64,000 nt of DNA from Candidatus Uhrbacteria bacterium (GTDB taxonomy: Bacteria > Patescibacteriota > Patescibacteriia > UBA9934 > GWF2-40-263): NCBI GenBank assembly GCA_026395055.1, contig JAPLZK010000003.1:278379-342378 (forward strand), given 5' to 3'. The translations under genes were made by a program, and so were the position numbers. A model generated the notes under the pieces. That model was not told the origin of the DNA, ran no database searches, and saw nothing but the letters and a program-made list of their open reading frames with translations. The stretch's first letter is position 1; every line of letters starts with the position of its first letter. Below, piece by piece: positions 1 to 9,513 of the stretch.

Positions 1-118
1 ACCGCGCGCAATCTGAAGCTTAAGTTGCTTGAGCCAATCCATGCAGACTCCTTTTGTAAAGAGACGACCTGACATCTGAAATCCTCATTCAAGGATCGCA
101 GATGAAAAGGGTGATGTG

Positions 119-724
119 TTAGACATCACCGAGTATTCCGGAAAGAGCGAGCGCCGCACGAAGGTGCGCATGATTCATGACACCAACGGCGCGTGTCTGT
201 TTTGGATCGATCACCAGTTCCATGTAGCGCTGTTCAAAATCCTCCACCTTGTATCGATCCGTGAGGAGATGCAGATGTTGATTTGAGGAGCCGCGAAGAG
301 GAAGCGATGTTGGACGTTGTCGAATGAACGGACCATCGATGAGGACATCCAAGGTTTCGAGAAGTTCTCGAGATCCATCTGGCGCATGTCCTTTTTCGAG
401 ATATCGTTTTGTGTATCCTGACCAAGACTGAATCGAAAGACCAAGCTCTCGACACGCCCGAGCAATAAACGCGAGCGCCTTTGCTTGTTCAAATGGTTCC
501 CCACCCGAGAAGCTCACGCCCTCAATCTGATGTTCAAATTTCATGCGCGTAATCCACTCGCACACTTCTTCAACCGTTGTCTCGGTTCGAACGGCGTGAT
601 CAAGATACTCGGGCGTAATACAACCAGAGCATAAAATCGAACAACCGCGAACCCAGAGAACCGAGCGTTTGCCCGGACCCATCGCCGAGGAAACTTCTTG
701 TTGTCCACCGAGGTTGAGGAGCAT
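119..724 (-). CDS. nrdG: Anaerobic ribonucleoside-triphosphate reductase activating protein (radical SAM)
   Basis: Motifs GPGKRSVLWVRGCSILCSGC (CX3CX2C), GVSFSGGEP and C-terminal RGSSNQ align with E. coli NrdG. Start taken at the internal Met MLLNLGG, whose ATG overlaps the stop of the upstream ORF. Confidence 0.8.
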   Translation of the reverse strand: MLLNLGGQQEVSSAMGPGKRSVLWVRGCSILCSGCITPEYLDHAVRTETTVEEVCEWITRMKFEHQIEGVSFSGGEPFEQAKALAFIARACRELGLSIQSWSGYTKRYLEKGHAPDGSRELLETLDVLIDGPFIRQRPTSLPLRGSSNQHLHLLTDRYKVEDFEQRYMELVIDPKQTRAVGVMNHAHLRAALALSGILGDV

Positions 725-939
725 TATCCCCCGCCTTTCTGACGCAACAGTTCCGGAATCGGAACCGCGCGCACAGGGTCGTGACTTCCGTTTGGTTTCA
801 TCTCCATGCCAAGGAAGGCAAATGCGGCACGCATGCGCGCATCCATCACCTTGCACTTCGTAGGATCCCGATGCTCCACATCAACAACCGTTTGGCCATC
901 TTTTGTGAGCATCACAATCACTTCATTGCGATCCGCCAT
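724..939 (-). CDS. Hypothetical small protein (71 aa), translationally coupled upstream of nrdG
   Basis: Complete ORF. A strong SD (GAAGGAGGAGGTG) sits immediately upstream of its ATG, and its stop overlaps the nrdG start. Confidence 0.5.
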   Translation of the reverse strand: MADRNEVIVMLTKDGQTVVDVEHRDPTKCKVMDARMRAAFAFLGMEMKPNGSHDPVRAVPIPELLRQKGGG

Positions 940-940
940 G

Positions 941-1540
941 TTACACCTCCTCCTTCAAAGGAAAGCGCATGACAACGGTTCCCTCGTTTGTGGTCTTCAC
1001 TTCATCGGCGTCTGTACCGAGAAGCACTTGGAAGACGGCTTTCGTCATCCGTTCGCGATAGATTTCCTCGAGACGCGGTTGAGAAGCTGGCTTTGAATGA
1101 CGAACGTTGGGTTCCGTGGAAACGCGTGGACTGTAATCCCTCGCTTCCAAAAAATTCCCAAAGCATTCACAGGTTCCACGTTCTGAAACGACGATCCCAA
1201 GATCGATAACTTCTGCCTGCATCTCACCACGCAACCTAGCGCTGTATCCGGCCGGTTTGGTAACAAGCCCGATCAATTCGCTTTTGGCATCCATGGGAAA
1301 CAAATTTTGCGTCTCGACAATCTTCCGAGCTTCTTCGCCCTGAACAAATGTTCTGCCTTGTTCTTCGGCAAACTGCTGCATGGATTCACGCATCACATGC
1401 TTGCGAACAGAAACCCAATCGATCTTGCGCAATTCACGCGCGGCCTCTGGGTCTGATTGTGCAAGCGCATCTGCGACGGTCTGAACATCTTTCATGCCTT
1501 CAAAACAAAAGGCTTGTACGGCAATGCTTTGACTGGACAT
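941..1540 (-). CDS. Hypothetical protein (199 aa)
   Basis: Long ORF with no recognisable motif. Its stop is 1 nt from the SD and start of the 71-aa ORF, so it belongs to the same operon as nrdG. Confidence 0.5.
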   Translation of the reverse strand: MSSQSIAVQAFCFEGMKDVQTVADALAQSDPEAARELRKIDWVSVRKHVMRESMQQFAEEQGRTFVQGEEARKIVETQNLFPMDAKSELIGLVTKPAGYSARLRGEMQAEVIDLGIVVSERGTCECFGNFLEARDYSPRVSTEPNVRHSKPASQPRLEEIYRERMTKAVFQVLLGTDADEVKTTNEGTVVMRFPLKEEV

Positions 1541-1636
1541 CTTATCTCCATTTCGCTCACACGAGCTCCTTTCTCATTATCAAATAAACCCCATTTGGTC
1601 AATAAAAAAATCCTGCCGAAGACAGGATATGAGAGA

Positions 1637-2743
1637 TTAAACCGGCAACTCTTGAATGAACGTTGGTTCGGGACCGTTTCCAAAATTCGGTGAACCGAAG
1701 TCGAGGATAGACGGAGACAAATCACCATCGCGATTCTGTTCGGAGATTCGCTGAGCTTGCTCGGGCGAAAACGGCACGCCGCGTAAATCCTTCAGGGCAT
1801 CCATCAATATCGGCGAACCGAACCGACTTCCGTTCACCGCAAGGTAGCGCGCATCCTGAGAGACAGAGAACGATTGAATGTAGCCATGGAACGTTCCAAG
1901 CACAGAAATCATCTCGCCTGTCTTTGTGTTGAAAAAATAAATCAGATCTTTATCTCCCCCCACAACAAGGACACGACTATCCGCAGAAAGAGCGATTGCA
2001 TCAGAGAAGTGTGCGGGGAGATTGATTGCATTCAACACCTGAAGCTCAGGAAATGAAAGACGCTTGAGCGCGCCGCTTGATCCACCCACCACAATGAACT
2101 GACCGTCATAAGAAAACACAATGGATTCAATCCACCAATGATGAACCTCCACCAGTTTTGAAACCTCGAGCACGTCTCCCTCTTTGGTAAACGTGATGAT
2201 CGAGACAAACCCACTGCCAGTATCTTGCCCTTCCGACATCGAAACAACGGCAAGATTTTGGATCGGATGAAATGCAATGGCGCGCAGACAATGCGGAAAT
2301 GTAACGGCGGCAATGCGCCTGCCTGTCTTCACATGCCACGTCATCATCGTTTTGTCGTCACCTCCACATGAAACAAGAAATCCATGTGTCGGATGAAACG
2401 CGACGTAACGAACAGATGTTTCATGTCCAACAAGTCCGAGTGGTTCAACATCCATCTGATGTTCATCCGGTCCCCACAGAAGGACATGAGGCGATTGCGC
2501 TGCGACCGCAACGTATCCACCATCTGGCGAAATCGCGACTGCACGACCAAGCGCATGTGGACAACACGTCTTTGAAAATCGTCCGCCGGTTTTCAGATCC
2601 CAAAAGACCACTTCGCCTTCGTGCCCAACAGACACAAGACGATTCGACGCAAGATGCATCGCAATTCCCACAACAGGCGTTGTGTGTTCCCCGCGAAATA
2701 CTCGACTGCGCGGCGCTGTTACGATCAACGGTTTGTCTGACAT
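1637..2743 (-). CDS. WD40/beta-propeller repeat protein
   Basis: Repeated ...GH...V..VAFxP.G..L.S.G.D... blocks ending in WD/WH-like dipeptides (WDLKTG, WHVKTG). Likely start at MSDKPLIV. Confidence 0.65.
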   Translation of the reverse strand: MSDKPLIVTAPRSRVFRGEHTTPVVGIAMHLASNRLVSVGHEGEVVFWDLKTGGRFSKTCCPHALGRAVAISPDGGYVAVAAQSPHVLLWGPDEHQMDVEPLGLVGHETSVRYVAFHPTHGFLVSCGGDDKTMMTWHVKTGRRIAAVTFPHCLRAIAFHPIQNLAVVSMSEGQDTGSGFVSIITFTKEGDVLEVSKLVEVHHWWIESIVFSYDGQFIVVGGSSGALKRLSFPELQVLNAINLPAHFSDAIALSADSRVLVVGGDKDLIYFFNTKTGEMISVLGTFHGYIQSFSVSQDARYLAVNGSRFGSPILMDALKDLRGVPFSPEQAQRISEQNRDGDLSPSILDFGSPNFGNGPEPTFIQELPV

Positions 2744-2834
2744 GACGTCTCCTCTCTGGAATGAGCCAGCAATGTTTACCAAATAAAAACAACGGAGTCA
2801 ATGCATGAACTCCGTTGTTTTCTCGAGCACTCTC

Positions 2835-3815
2835 TTAAAAATCGATCCCTTCTCGTGCTTTCACGCCAGAATAAAAATAATGTTTCTTGAGTCCAACCTC
2901 GCTGATCAAATGTGCGCGGTCACGAAATGCTTGTGGAACGTTTCTGCCAGTCAGCACAAGTTCTGTGTTCGCCGGTTTCTTCTTAAGAAGCACGAGTACA
3001 TCCTCGACGGCGATCATTCCGAGATCTGTCGTCGAGTTGATCTCATCCAGAACAATCAAATCATATCCTGCGTCAAACATCCGTTGTACCTCGAGAAGTC
3101 CGCGTACGGCTTCTGCCCGATCGACATCCTGAATCGAAAAATCAAATCGACCTGTAACAGGATCAATACGATCTCGGCCTGTGGCAACGAGATCGACGCC
3201 GAGATTTCGAAGAATATCGCGTTCGAAGTAATGTGACTCACCACCCTTATCGAAGTACACGACTCCAACTTTTTTTGCAGCACCAACGGCACGAACCATA
3301 AGCCCGGTCGCAGATGTTGTCTTTCCTTTTCCATTTCCGGTAATCACCTGGATAAGTCCAAACCCTTGATGGCCGATCAAATCGCGATCGTTTGCGATTT
3401 GAATTCCTTCGCTTGTGCGATACGCCTCGAGAGCACAACGAACCGCTTCGAACATGGGAATCGTCGTCTCTTGTCGCGGATCAATCCAAACATGTTCGGT
3501 GTGTTCTTCGGAAAGACGAATGGAAACGTCTCCGATCGGAATGAGATAAAAAATTCCAACAACCGCGTCGCGGTCGCCATCCTCAAATCGATAATGATCC
3601 GCGTAGAACGGTCGTGCTTTTGAAACATCAACATCAAGACCGAGTTCTTCTCGCAGTTCGCGTTGAAGCCCTTCGAGGAGGGTCTCCCCCGCATCCATGC
3701 GACCTCCAGGTGGTTCATACGAGGCATTTGCATCTTTGCCCGTATGACGAACAAACAGGATTTTCCCCTGTGGATTTACCAAAAATGCTTTATTGGAGAC
3801 AAATTTCTTTTCCAT
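2835..3815 (-). CDS. NUDIX hydrolase domain fused to CobA/CobO/BtuR-type cob(I)yrinic acid a,c-diamide (corrinoid) adenosyltransferase
   Basis: N-terminal Nudix box GGRMDAGETLLEGLQRELREELGL. C-terminal VITGNGKGKTTSATG P-loop, LIVLDEI and the overall CobA-family signature. Confidence 0.75.
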   Translation of the reverse strand: MEKKFVSNKAFLVNPQGKILFVRHTGKDANASYEPPGGRMDAGETLLEGLQRELREELGLDVDVSKARPFYADHYRFEDGDRDAVVGIFYLIPIGDVSIRLSEEHTEHVWIDPRQETTIPMFEAVRCALEAYRTSEGIQIANDRDLIGHQGFGLIQVITGNGKGKTTSATGLMVRAVGAAKKVGVVYFDKGGESHYFERDILRNLGVDLVATGRDRIDPVTGRFDFSIQDVDRAEAVRGLLEVQRMFDAGYDLIVLDEINSTTDLGMIAVEDVLVLLKKKPANTELVLTGRNVPQAFRDRAHLISEVGLKKHYFYSGVKAREGIDF

Positions 3816-3879
3816 AGGTGATTATGATAGCACACGAATCAGACAATAAAAAAAATCGATCATTTCTGATCGACTAAGC

Positions 3880-5166
3880 TTATCGCCAAAGAATCTGATT
3901 CCGTTCCGCGCCGACGCCGATACCGGAGACAACGGTTCCCGTTTGCTTTTCAATGAGCTCAATGTACGCACGAGCCGCGGCAGGCAGCTCCTTGTAATGT
4001 CGACAGTTCGACAAGTCTTCGTTCCATCCTGGCATGCGAAGCAAATGTGGCTTTGCGTTTTCAAGAACAGAACAGGTGAGCGTTGTGTAATCATCCACAT
4101 CGATGTAATGATCACACACAAACAAATCTTCTAGATCCGTGAGGATATCAAGCTTCGTGATGACAAATTCTTCGATTCCGCTAACGCGACGTGCTTGTCG
4201 AAGCGCTGGCAGATCAAGATATCCGCACCGACGTGGACGTCCCGTTGTTGTGCCAAACTCATGACCACGACGACGCAGTTCTTCCCCACGCTCGTCTTGC
4301 AATTCCGTTGGAAACGGTCCTGCACCAACGCGTGTGGGATATGCCTTTGCCACGCCGATCACACGATCAAACGTGTGCACACCAAACGTTGCCGATACAC
4401 CCGCAGACGTGCAGAGCGATGATGTCACAAACGGTCGCGAGCCATGATACGCGTCGAGCATAACACCTTGCGCACCTTCGAACAGAACGTTCTTGCCATC
4501 ATCGAGCGCGCGATGCACACAGGCACGCGTGTCGCCAATATGTGGAACGACCCGATCCGCAAAGGACATGAGCAAATCGATCGTGTCATCGAGATGCATC
4601 GGATGAACACGCACATCAACCTGTTCGATGCGAATTTGTTCTCCACGTACAAGCGACCACGCGCCGAACATTTCTTCCATGTACCTGCCGCGCGTAAGCA
4701 CGGCGCGGACGGAATCTGCAGAGCGCAAATCTCCGAGCGTCACACTACGACGCAACCAAAAGTCACTGTACGCAGGACCGATTCCACGTTTCGTGGAGCC
4801 AATCGCACGCGCACCAAGAGCGACTTCACGCACCGCATCCATCATACGATGGATCGGAAGTACAATGGGCGTTTGCTCGTCGAGCAAGACGCGCGAACCG
4901 AACTCACGCGCGAGCGCGAGTTCTTGCACAAGAACCTCCAGATCACACACCACACCTGGCCCGACAATGTTCATCTTGTCTTCGTGGCAGATACCACTCG
5001 GCAAAAGATGAAGCGCGATGGTCCGATCCCCAATGACAAGCGTATGTCCGGCATTGCCCCCGCCTTGAAAGCGCGCAACCACATGCGCGTCTTTTGCGAG
5101 GACATCCGAAATTTTGCCTTTTCCCTCATCGCCAAATTGGGCTCCGAGGATTACGATTGCTCCCAT
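3880..5166 (-). CDS. purA: Adenylosuccinate synthetase
   Basis: GAQFGDEGKGK P-loop and GGGNAGHTLV motifs. Start at MGAIVILGA, preceded by SD AAGGAGG. Confidence 0.92.
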   Translation of the reverse strand: MGAIVILGAQFGDEGKGKISDVLAKDAHVVARFQGGGNAGHTLVIGDRTIALHLLPSGICHEDKMNIVGPGVVCDLEVLVQELALAREFGSRVLLDEQTPIVLPIHRMMDAVREVALGARAIGSTKRGIGPAYSDFWLRRSVTLGDLRSADSVRAVLTRGRYMEEMFGAWSLVRGEQIRIEQVDVRVHPMHLDDTIDLLMSFADRVVPHIGDTRACVHRALDDGKNVLFEGAQGVMLDAYHGSRPFVTSSLCTSAGVSATFGVHTFDRVIGVAKAYPTRVGAGPFPTELQDERGEELRRRGHEFGTTTGRPRRCGYLDLPALRQARRVSGIEEFVITKLDILTDLEDLFVCDHYIDVDDYTTLTCSVLENAKPHLLRMPGWNEDLSNCRHYKELPAAARAYIELIEKQTGTVVSGIGVGAERNQILWR

Positions 5167-5244
5167 GAGATTCCTCCTTGCACGCACAGAAAACAGGCGC
5201 GCCACATCGCAAGGTATCACAGGGTGGAAAAGACGGAAAGGGCG

Positions 5245-5285
5245 GTGAGCACGCTCAAAAAAAATAACGATACACCCCTAAATGG
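5245..5285 (-). terminator. Rho-independent terminator downstream of the sensor kinase gene
   Basis: 9-bp stem TAACGATAC...GTATCGTTA followed by a T8 run on the minus strand. Confidence 0.5.
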
Positions 5286-5304
5286 CGTATCGTTACACGG
5301 TCGT

Positions 5305-7956
5305 CTACACAATTGGCAAAGAGAAATAAACCGTCGTGCCCTTTCCTTCTTTTGACTCAAACCAAATTTTTCCTTTGTGTGCTTCAATAATGGATTTTGC
5401 AATATACAATCCAAGCCCTGTTCCATCTCCCGCATTGATCGCGTTGTCTGCCCGGAAAAACTTTTCAAAAATTTGAGACTGCTGATGTTTTGGAATGCCC
5501 ATTCCAAAATCCTGAACAGAGCAGCTTAATTGTCCAGTCTCTTTTTTACACGATAGATGAATCTTCCCTTTTGGCTGAGAGAACTTCACCGCATTGTTTA
5601 AAATATTTTGAAGAACCTGCTCTATTTTTGACCGATCCATCAAAATCAAATTTTTCTTGAGACAATTTGGATCCAATTGGATTTGAATCTGTTTCATCTC
5701 TGCAAGAACTCTTTGTTGATCCACAACTTGTTTGATCACTTCTGAAAAATCCTGTTTCTGAAAATCGATTTTGTATTTCCCCGCCTCATCGATGTGTGAA
5801 ACTTCAAGCAAATCATTCACAAGATTAATCATGCGTTGGTTGCTATGTGCGATTTGTCTGAGATACTCTTTTTGTTCCGCGTTCAATTTTCCCACATGTT
5901 CATTCAACAACAGCTCAGAAAACCATTTGATGCCCGTAAGAGGTGTGCGCAACTGATGAGAAGCAATGGAGACAAATTCGATACGCATCTTTTCAATTTT
6001 TTTCATGCGCGAAATATCACGCGCCATATAAGAACTTCCAACGAGTGCCCCGGAAGAATCAATCACAGGTGAAATCGTAATAAGTGCGTCAAGCAGTTCT
6101 CCATTTTTTTGCACCTGTTTCATTTCAAAATTCTCTATAACATCCCCCTGTCGAATTGCCTCTAGTATTTTTTCATTTTTCTCAAACTGATCTTTTGGAA
6201 TCAAAACGGAAATCGTTTTTCCAATCATTTCCTCGGACGTGTATCCATACAGATGCTCGGCGCCATAATTCCACGTCAATATTTTTCCACTCAGATCTTT
6301 TCCGATGATGGCATCTTGTGACGTACGAATCACGGACGCTAAATAGGAAAACACAGATCTGCGTTTAACCATCTGCAACATGAGCGTAAATCCAATCAAC
6401 AGCGTATAAAAACCAGTAATAAGCGATATTCCAAAAAGACGATAATAGCGAATTCTTTCTGCGGGAGTAAACGCGTATATTTTCCAACCATCGTCTGTTA
6501 CTTGCAGAGAGCTGATCAAAACAGATTGACCATTTTTTTTGACAACAGAATCGTCTGAAGGCCATTGTTCAAATAAGGGGTCGAAATCCGTTTTTGTATA
6601 CAGACGCTCCGTCTTAAGCTCCTCTTTTTTTTCAGAAGAGAGCGCAACAAAACTTTTTTCCACATCTTGCGGATCGCCACTTGCAAGCACGACGCCTTCT
6701 GGACTCACAAGAAGTGTGTGTTTGTTTTGAGTAAACGCATATTCTGTTGCATCCAAATTATTCTTGACAACGACAACACCAATGATCTGACCGAGTTCAT
6801 TTTTAACAGGTGCGAACGCATAATATCCTGGTCGATGACTCGTAATTCCATTTGCGAATAACCATCCAAGTTTTCCCATCATGGCATCTCTGAAATAGGG
6901 TCGAAAGGCATAATTTTTTCCAAGAAAACTATCTGACGCATTCCTGTTCGATGTTGCAAGAACGACTCCATTCGTATTCATCAGATAACAAACACTATCC
7001 CCAACTAAATTTTGATACGTATCTAATACAGCATTCACAGCGTCCATGCTTGGTTCTTTTCGCTCTAACACATCACGTACACCTGTTGTCTGTGCAAGAG
7101 AAAGAGCTGCATTATTTGCATCATGAATCGCATGTTGCAAACTAAACGAAAAAATATTCAAAGAATTTCTTGCTTCTGATACAGCCTCTGATTTTGCAAA
7201 ATTTCCCAATGAGCTGATAAAGAAAAAACTGGTGAGATAACTCAGAATAAAAAAGAGAGAAAACAAAACCAACGGGGTTATTTTCTTTGGTCTTTTTACC
7301 ATCGTTTTTTCTTGAGATAAGTCCTGTTTGACCAAATATTGATACTGAGACCAGATACCAAAAAAGAGACCCGTTAATAAAATGGATCGCAAAAATTCAA
7401 TCGTGAACCCTGTGGTTTTTTGAAACCAATTCACTCCTAAAGAAAATTCGGAAATGATATACGCAAAAACAGTTGCAAGAATAAGGTGAATGGCTCTGTT
7501 TGTTTTGTGCCCTTCTCTTTTGTAACGCAATAAAGTCAACCCACACAAAAACCCACCAAAAAAACCGAAGAGGTATCTTGTGGATTCACGAAACAAATCA
7601 AGATTGCCAAACCAAAGACTTGCGCCAAGGAGGGCGCCAATCGGAAGATACACCCACGCACCAAAGAATTTTTTGTTTTTCATCCCCCTTCTTCCGAACT
7701 CAAATAAGAACCCAAAACTCACAACATAAAAAATACCGATCAGCACGGACAACAAAGGAATGATTCCGAAAATGAATTGCATCAAGAGAAGCCATTGATA
7801 AACGCCGCGCAAAACAGCAAAGATCCCCAAGAGGACCCACGGAATTTTTCTTCGCTCAATATTCTGGATGAGAAAACAGATAAGACCAACAAAAAGAAAC
7901 GCGAGGCCGTAATAAAAAAGAATGAAATCCATCTGACTCTGGAAAAACGAGAACAT
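5305..7956 (-). CDS. Multi-domain sensor histidine kinase (polytopic N-terminus, Cache-like periplasmic domain, PAS, HisKA, HATPase_c)
   Basis: H-box SHQLRTPLTGI and a G-box GTGLGLYIAKSI. Multiple hydrophobic helices at the N-terminus. No response regulator in the window. Confidence 0.8.
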   Translation of the reverse strand: MFSFFQSQMDFILFYYGLAFLFVGLICFLIQNIERRKIPWVLLGIFAVLRGVYQWLLLMQFIFGIIPLLSVLIGIFYVVSFGFLFEFGRRGMKNKKFFGAWVYLPIGALLGASLWFGNLDLFRESTRYLFGFFGGFLCGLTLLRYKREGHKTNRAIHLILATVFAYIISEFSLGVNWFQKTTGFTIEFLRSILLTGLFFGIWSQYQYLVKQDLSQEKTMVKRPKKITPLVLFSLFFILSYLTSFFFISSLGNFAKSEAVSEARNSLNIFSFSLQHAIHDANNAALSLAQTTGVRDVLERKEPSMDAVNAVLDTYQNLVGDSVCYLMNTNGVVLATSNRNASDSFLGKNYAFRPYFRDAMMGKLGWLFANGITSHRPGYYAFAPVKNELGQIIGVVVVKNNLDATEYAFTQNKHTLLVSPEGVVLASGDPQDVEKSFVALSSEKKEELKTERLYTKTDFDPLFEQWPSDDSVVKKNGQSVLISSLQVTDDGWKIYAFTPAERIRYYRLFGISLITGFYTLLIGFTLMLQMVKRRSVFSYLASVIRTSQDAIIGKDLSGKILTWNYGAEHLYGYTSEEMIGKTISVLIPKDQFEKNEKILEAIRQGDVIENFEMKQVQKNGELLDALITISPVIDSSGALVGSSYMARDISRMKKIEKMRIEFVSIASHQLRTPLTGIKWFSELLLNEHVGKLNAEQKEYLRQIAHSNQRMINLVNDLLEVSHIDEAGKYKIDFQKQDFSEVIKQVVDQQRVLAEMKQIQIQLDPNCLKKNLILMDRSKIEQVLQNILNNAVKFSQPKGKIHLSCKKETGQLSCSVQDFGMGIPKHQQSQIFEKFFRADNAINAGDGTGLGLYIAKSIIEAHKGKIWFESKEGKGTTVYFSLPIV

Positions 7957-7995
7957 AAAATAACGATGGAGAAAATAAAAAAAGACCGATGGTCA

Positions 7996-8490
7996 TCACA
8001 GACGTGACGACGCATCAATCTCTTGTGTAAAGGAAACGATTTCTTTTGGAACCAATGACTGCCAATCTCCGCCTGATTTCATTTTTTCTCTGATACCGGT
8101 TGCGGAAATTCCGGGGACTTCTTTAATGGGTTTTACGGGAACAACTCCTTCAAAACATTTTGCGGTCCACGCATTCCCTGTCCAAACAACATCTACCGGC
8201 CCGGTTTTTTCTAAAACTTTATTCCGCCATGCAGTGTCATCTGTTTCATCAGGAAGTTCTACGAAGTTGATGTCATACATGGGAATAAGATCTTTTCCCT
8301 GTAACGCGCGTTGCATCATTTCAATTCTCTCTTGGGCAGAAAAAGGATTCTCATTTGTATGGTGATCTTCTGAACTTCCAATCCCAATCCAAATTTTTCC
8401 ACAAAGTTTAGTCATTCCTTCAACGACAAGCATGTGTCCGTTATGAAACGGTTGAAAACGGCCAATAAAGAGTCCTGTTGGTTTTGCCAT
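7996..8490 (-). CDS. Nicotinamide-nucleotide adenylyltransferase, archaeal (NadM) type
   Basis: GRFQPFHNGH (HxGH nucleotidyltransferase motif). About 165 aa with an ISATGIR motif. Confidence 0.75.
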   Translation of the reverse strand: MAKPTGLFIGRFQPFHNGHMLVVEGMTKLCGKIWIGIGSSEDHHTNENPFSAQERIEMMQRALQGKDLIPMYDINFVELPDETDDTAWRNKVLEKTGPVDVVWTGNAWTAKCFEGVVPVKPIKEVPGISATGIREKMKSGGDWQSLVPKEIVSFTQEIDASSRL

Positions 8491-8575
8491 AAAAAATAAT
8501 TCACATCTAAGATACTAAAAGTATAGCGAAGTCTACCCAATTCATCAACCCAACAAAAATGAGCCAACGGATGGC

Positions 8576-9274
8576 TCAAAGTTTCCCTTCCCACGGAACT
8601 TCGTAGTCCGTTTCAGGGTCGTGGGTCATAATGAACTTGTCTCGTTTCACGTCCCATGCATTGCGGTAGACAAGGATGGAGGCGTTTGCGACCAACGCGT
8701 TTTTGTCATCGTAGCGCGTAATCGTTTCTTCCATGGACCAGCCGTGAACAATCGCCTGCCAAAGGAGAATCCACTGGGAGTGTCCAACAATCACAACAGT
8801 TTTTCCGGAGTAATTGAACTTCAAACTCCGACGAATATCGCGCACGCGCATTTCAACGTCCGGAATATTTTCTCCACCCTGAGGGCGATAATGGTACGGC
8901 CCCTGCGCATCCCGCCGCCGAATCTCCCACGGTGCAAGCTGCTGCACCTCTTCCTCAAACGCATCCGTCCACATTCCTCGATCACGTTCAGCGAGCCGAG
9001 CGTCCTCACGAATCTCGCGATCCGGATAGAGGAATTTAGCGGTTTCATTCGTGCGCGCGTAATACGATCGCAAAATCCGATCTGGGTTCGGAAACAGCTC
9101 ACGCACACGCTCGCCTGTGAGACGCGCTTGCTCGCGACCTCGAGGAGAAAGCTCATACATATTCGTTCCAACAGGAAAACGACGTTGCTCTTCCCTGGTT
9201 CGAATATTTCCAACAGATTCTGCATGGCGAACAAACACCACACAATTTGGATATGGGATCCTTGTATAATCCAT
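8576..9274 (-). CDS. Histidine phosphatase family protein (phosphoglycerate mutase-like)
   Basis: VVFVRHAESVGN (RHG motif) and a later IVGHSQW motif. Confidence 0.7.
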   Translation of the reverse strand: MDYTRIPYPNCVVFVRHAESVGNIRTREEQRRFPVGTNMYELSPRGREQARLTGERVRELFPNPDRILRSYYARTNETAKFLYPDREIREDARLAERDRGMWTDAFEEEVQQLAPWEIRRRDAQGPYHYRPQGGENIPDVEMRVRDIRRSLKFNYSGKTVVIVGHSQWILLWQAIVHGWSMEETITRYDDKNALVANASILVYRNAWDVKRDKFIMTHDPETDYEVPWEGKL

Positions 9275-9352
9275 GGAACACCTCCTCGCTCTGAAATGAA
9301 CGAGAGGAAGTTGTATGGGAAAAAGAGCGATTCGTCAAGAGACAACCAACGA

Positions 9353-9381
9353 TTGACTCAATCAAGAATCGTTGATATATT
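9353..9381 (+). promoter_or_regulatory. Sigma70-like promoter for tRNA-Gln
   Basis: TTGACT-N17-TATATT located about 20 nt upstream of the tRNA 5' end. Confidence 0.45.
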
Positions 9382-9399
9382 TCTCGCGTTAACAATCCT

Positions 9400-9473
9400 T
9401 CCCGAGTCGTCTAACGGCAGGACAACAGATTCTGGATCTGTTTATCGGGGTTCGAATCCCTGCTCGGGAACCA
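9400..9473 (+). tRNA. tRNA-Gln (anticodon CUG), CCA encoded
   Basis: Cloverleaf with perfect 7-bp acceptor TCCCGAG/CTCGGGA, anticodon loop TTCTGGA, T-arm GGGGTTCGAATCCC, and 3' ACCA. Confidence 0.85.
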
Positions 9474-9475
9474 AC

Positions 9476-9507
9476 AAAAAAACCCATTCTCGCAATGGGT
9501 TTTTTTG
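9476..9507 (+). terminator. Rho-independent terminator after tRNA-Gln
   Basis: ACCCATTctcgcAATGGGT hairpin followed by a T6 run. Confidence 0.6.
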
Positions 9508-9513
9508 TTGGTT

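Noticed and set aside
4444-5355. 303-aa plus-strand ORF antisense to purA
   Set aside because: It lies entirely within the well-supported purA gene on the opposite strand. No independent signals support it.
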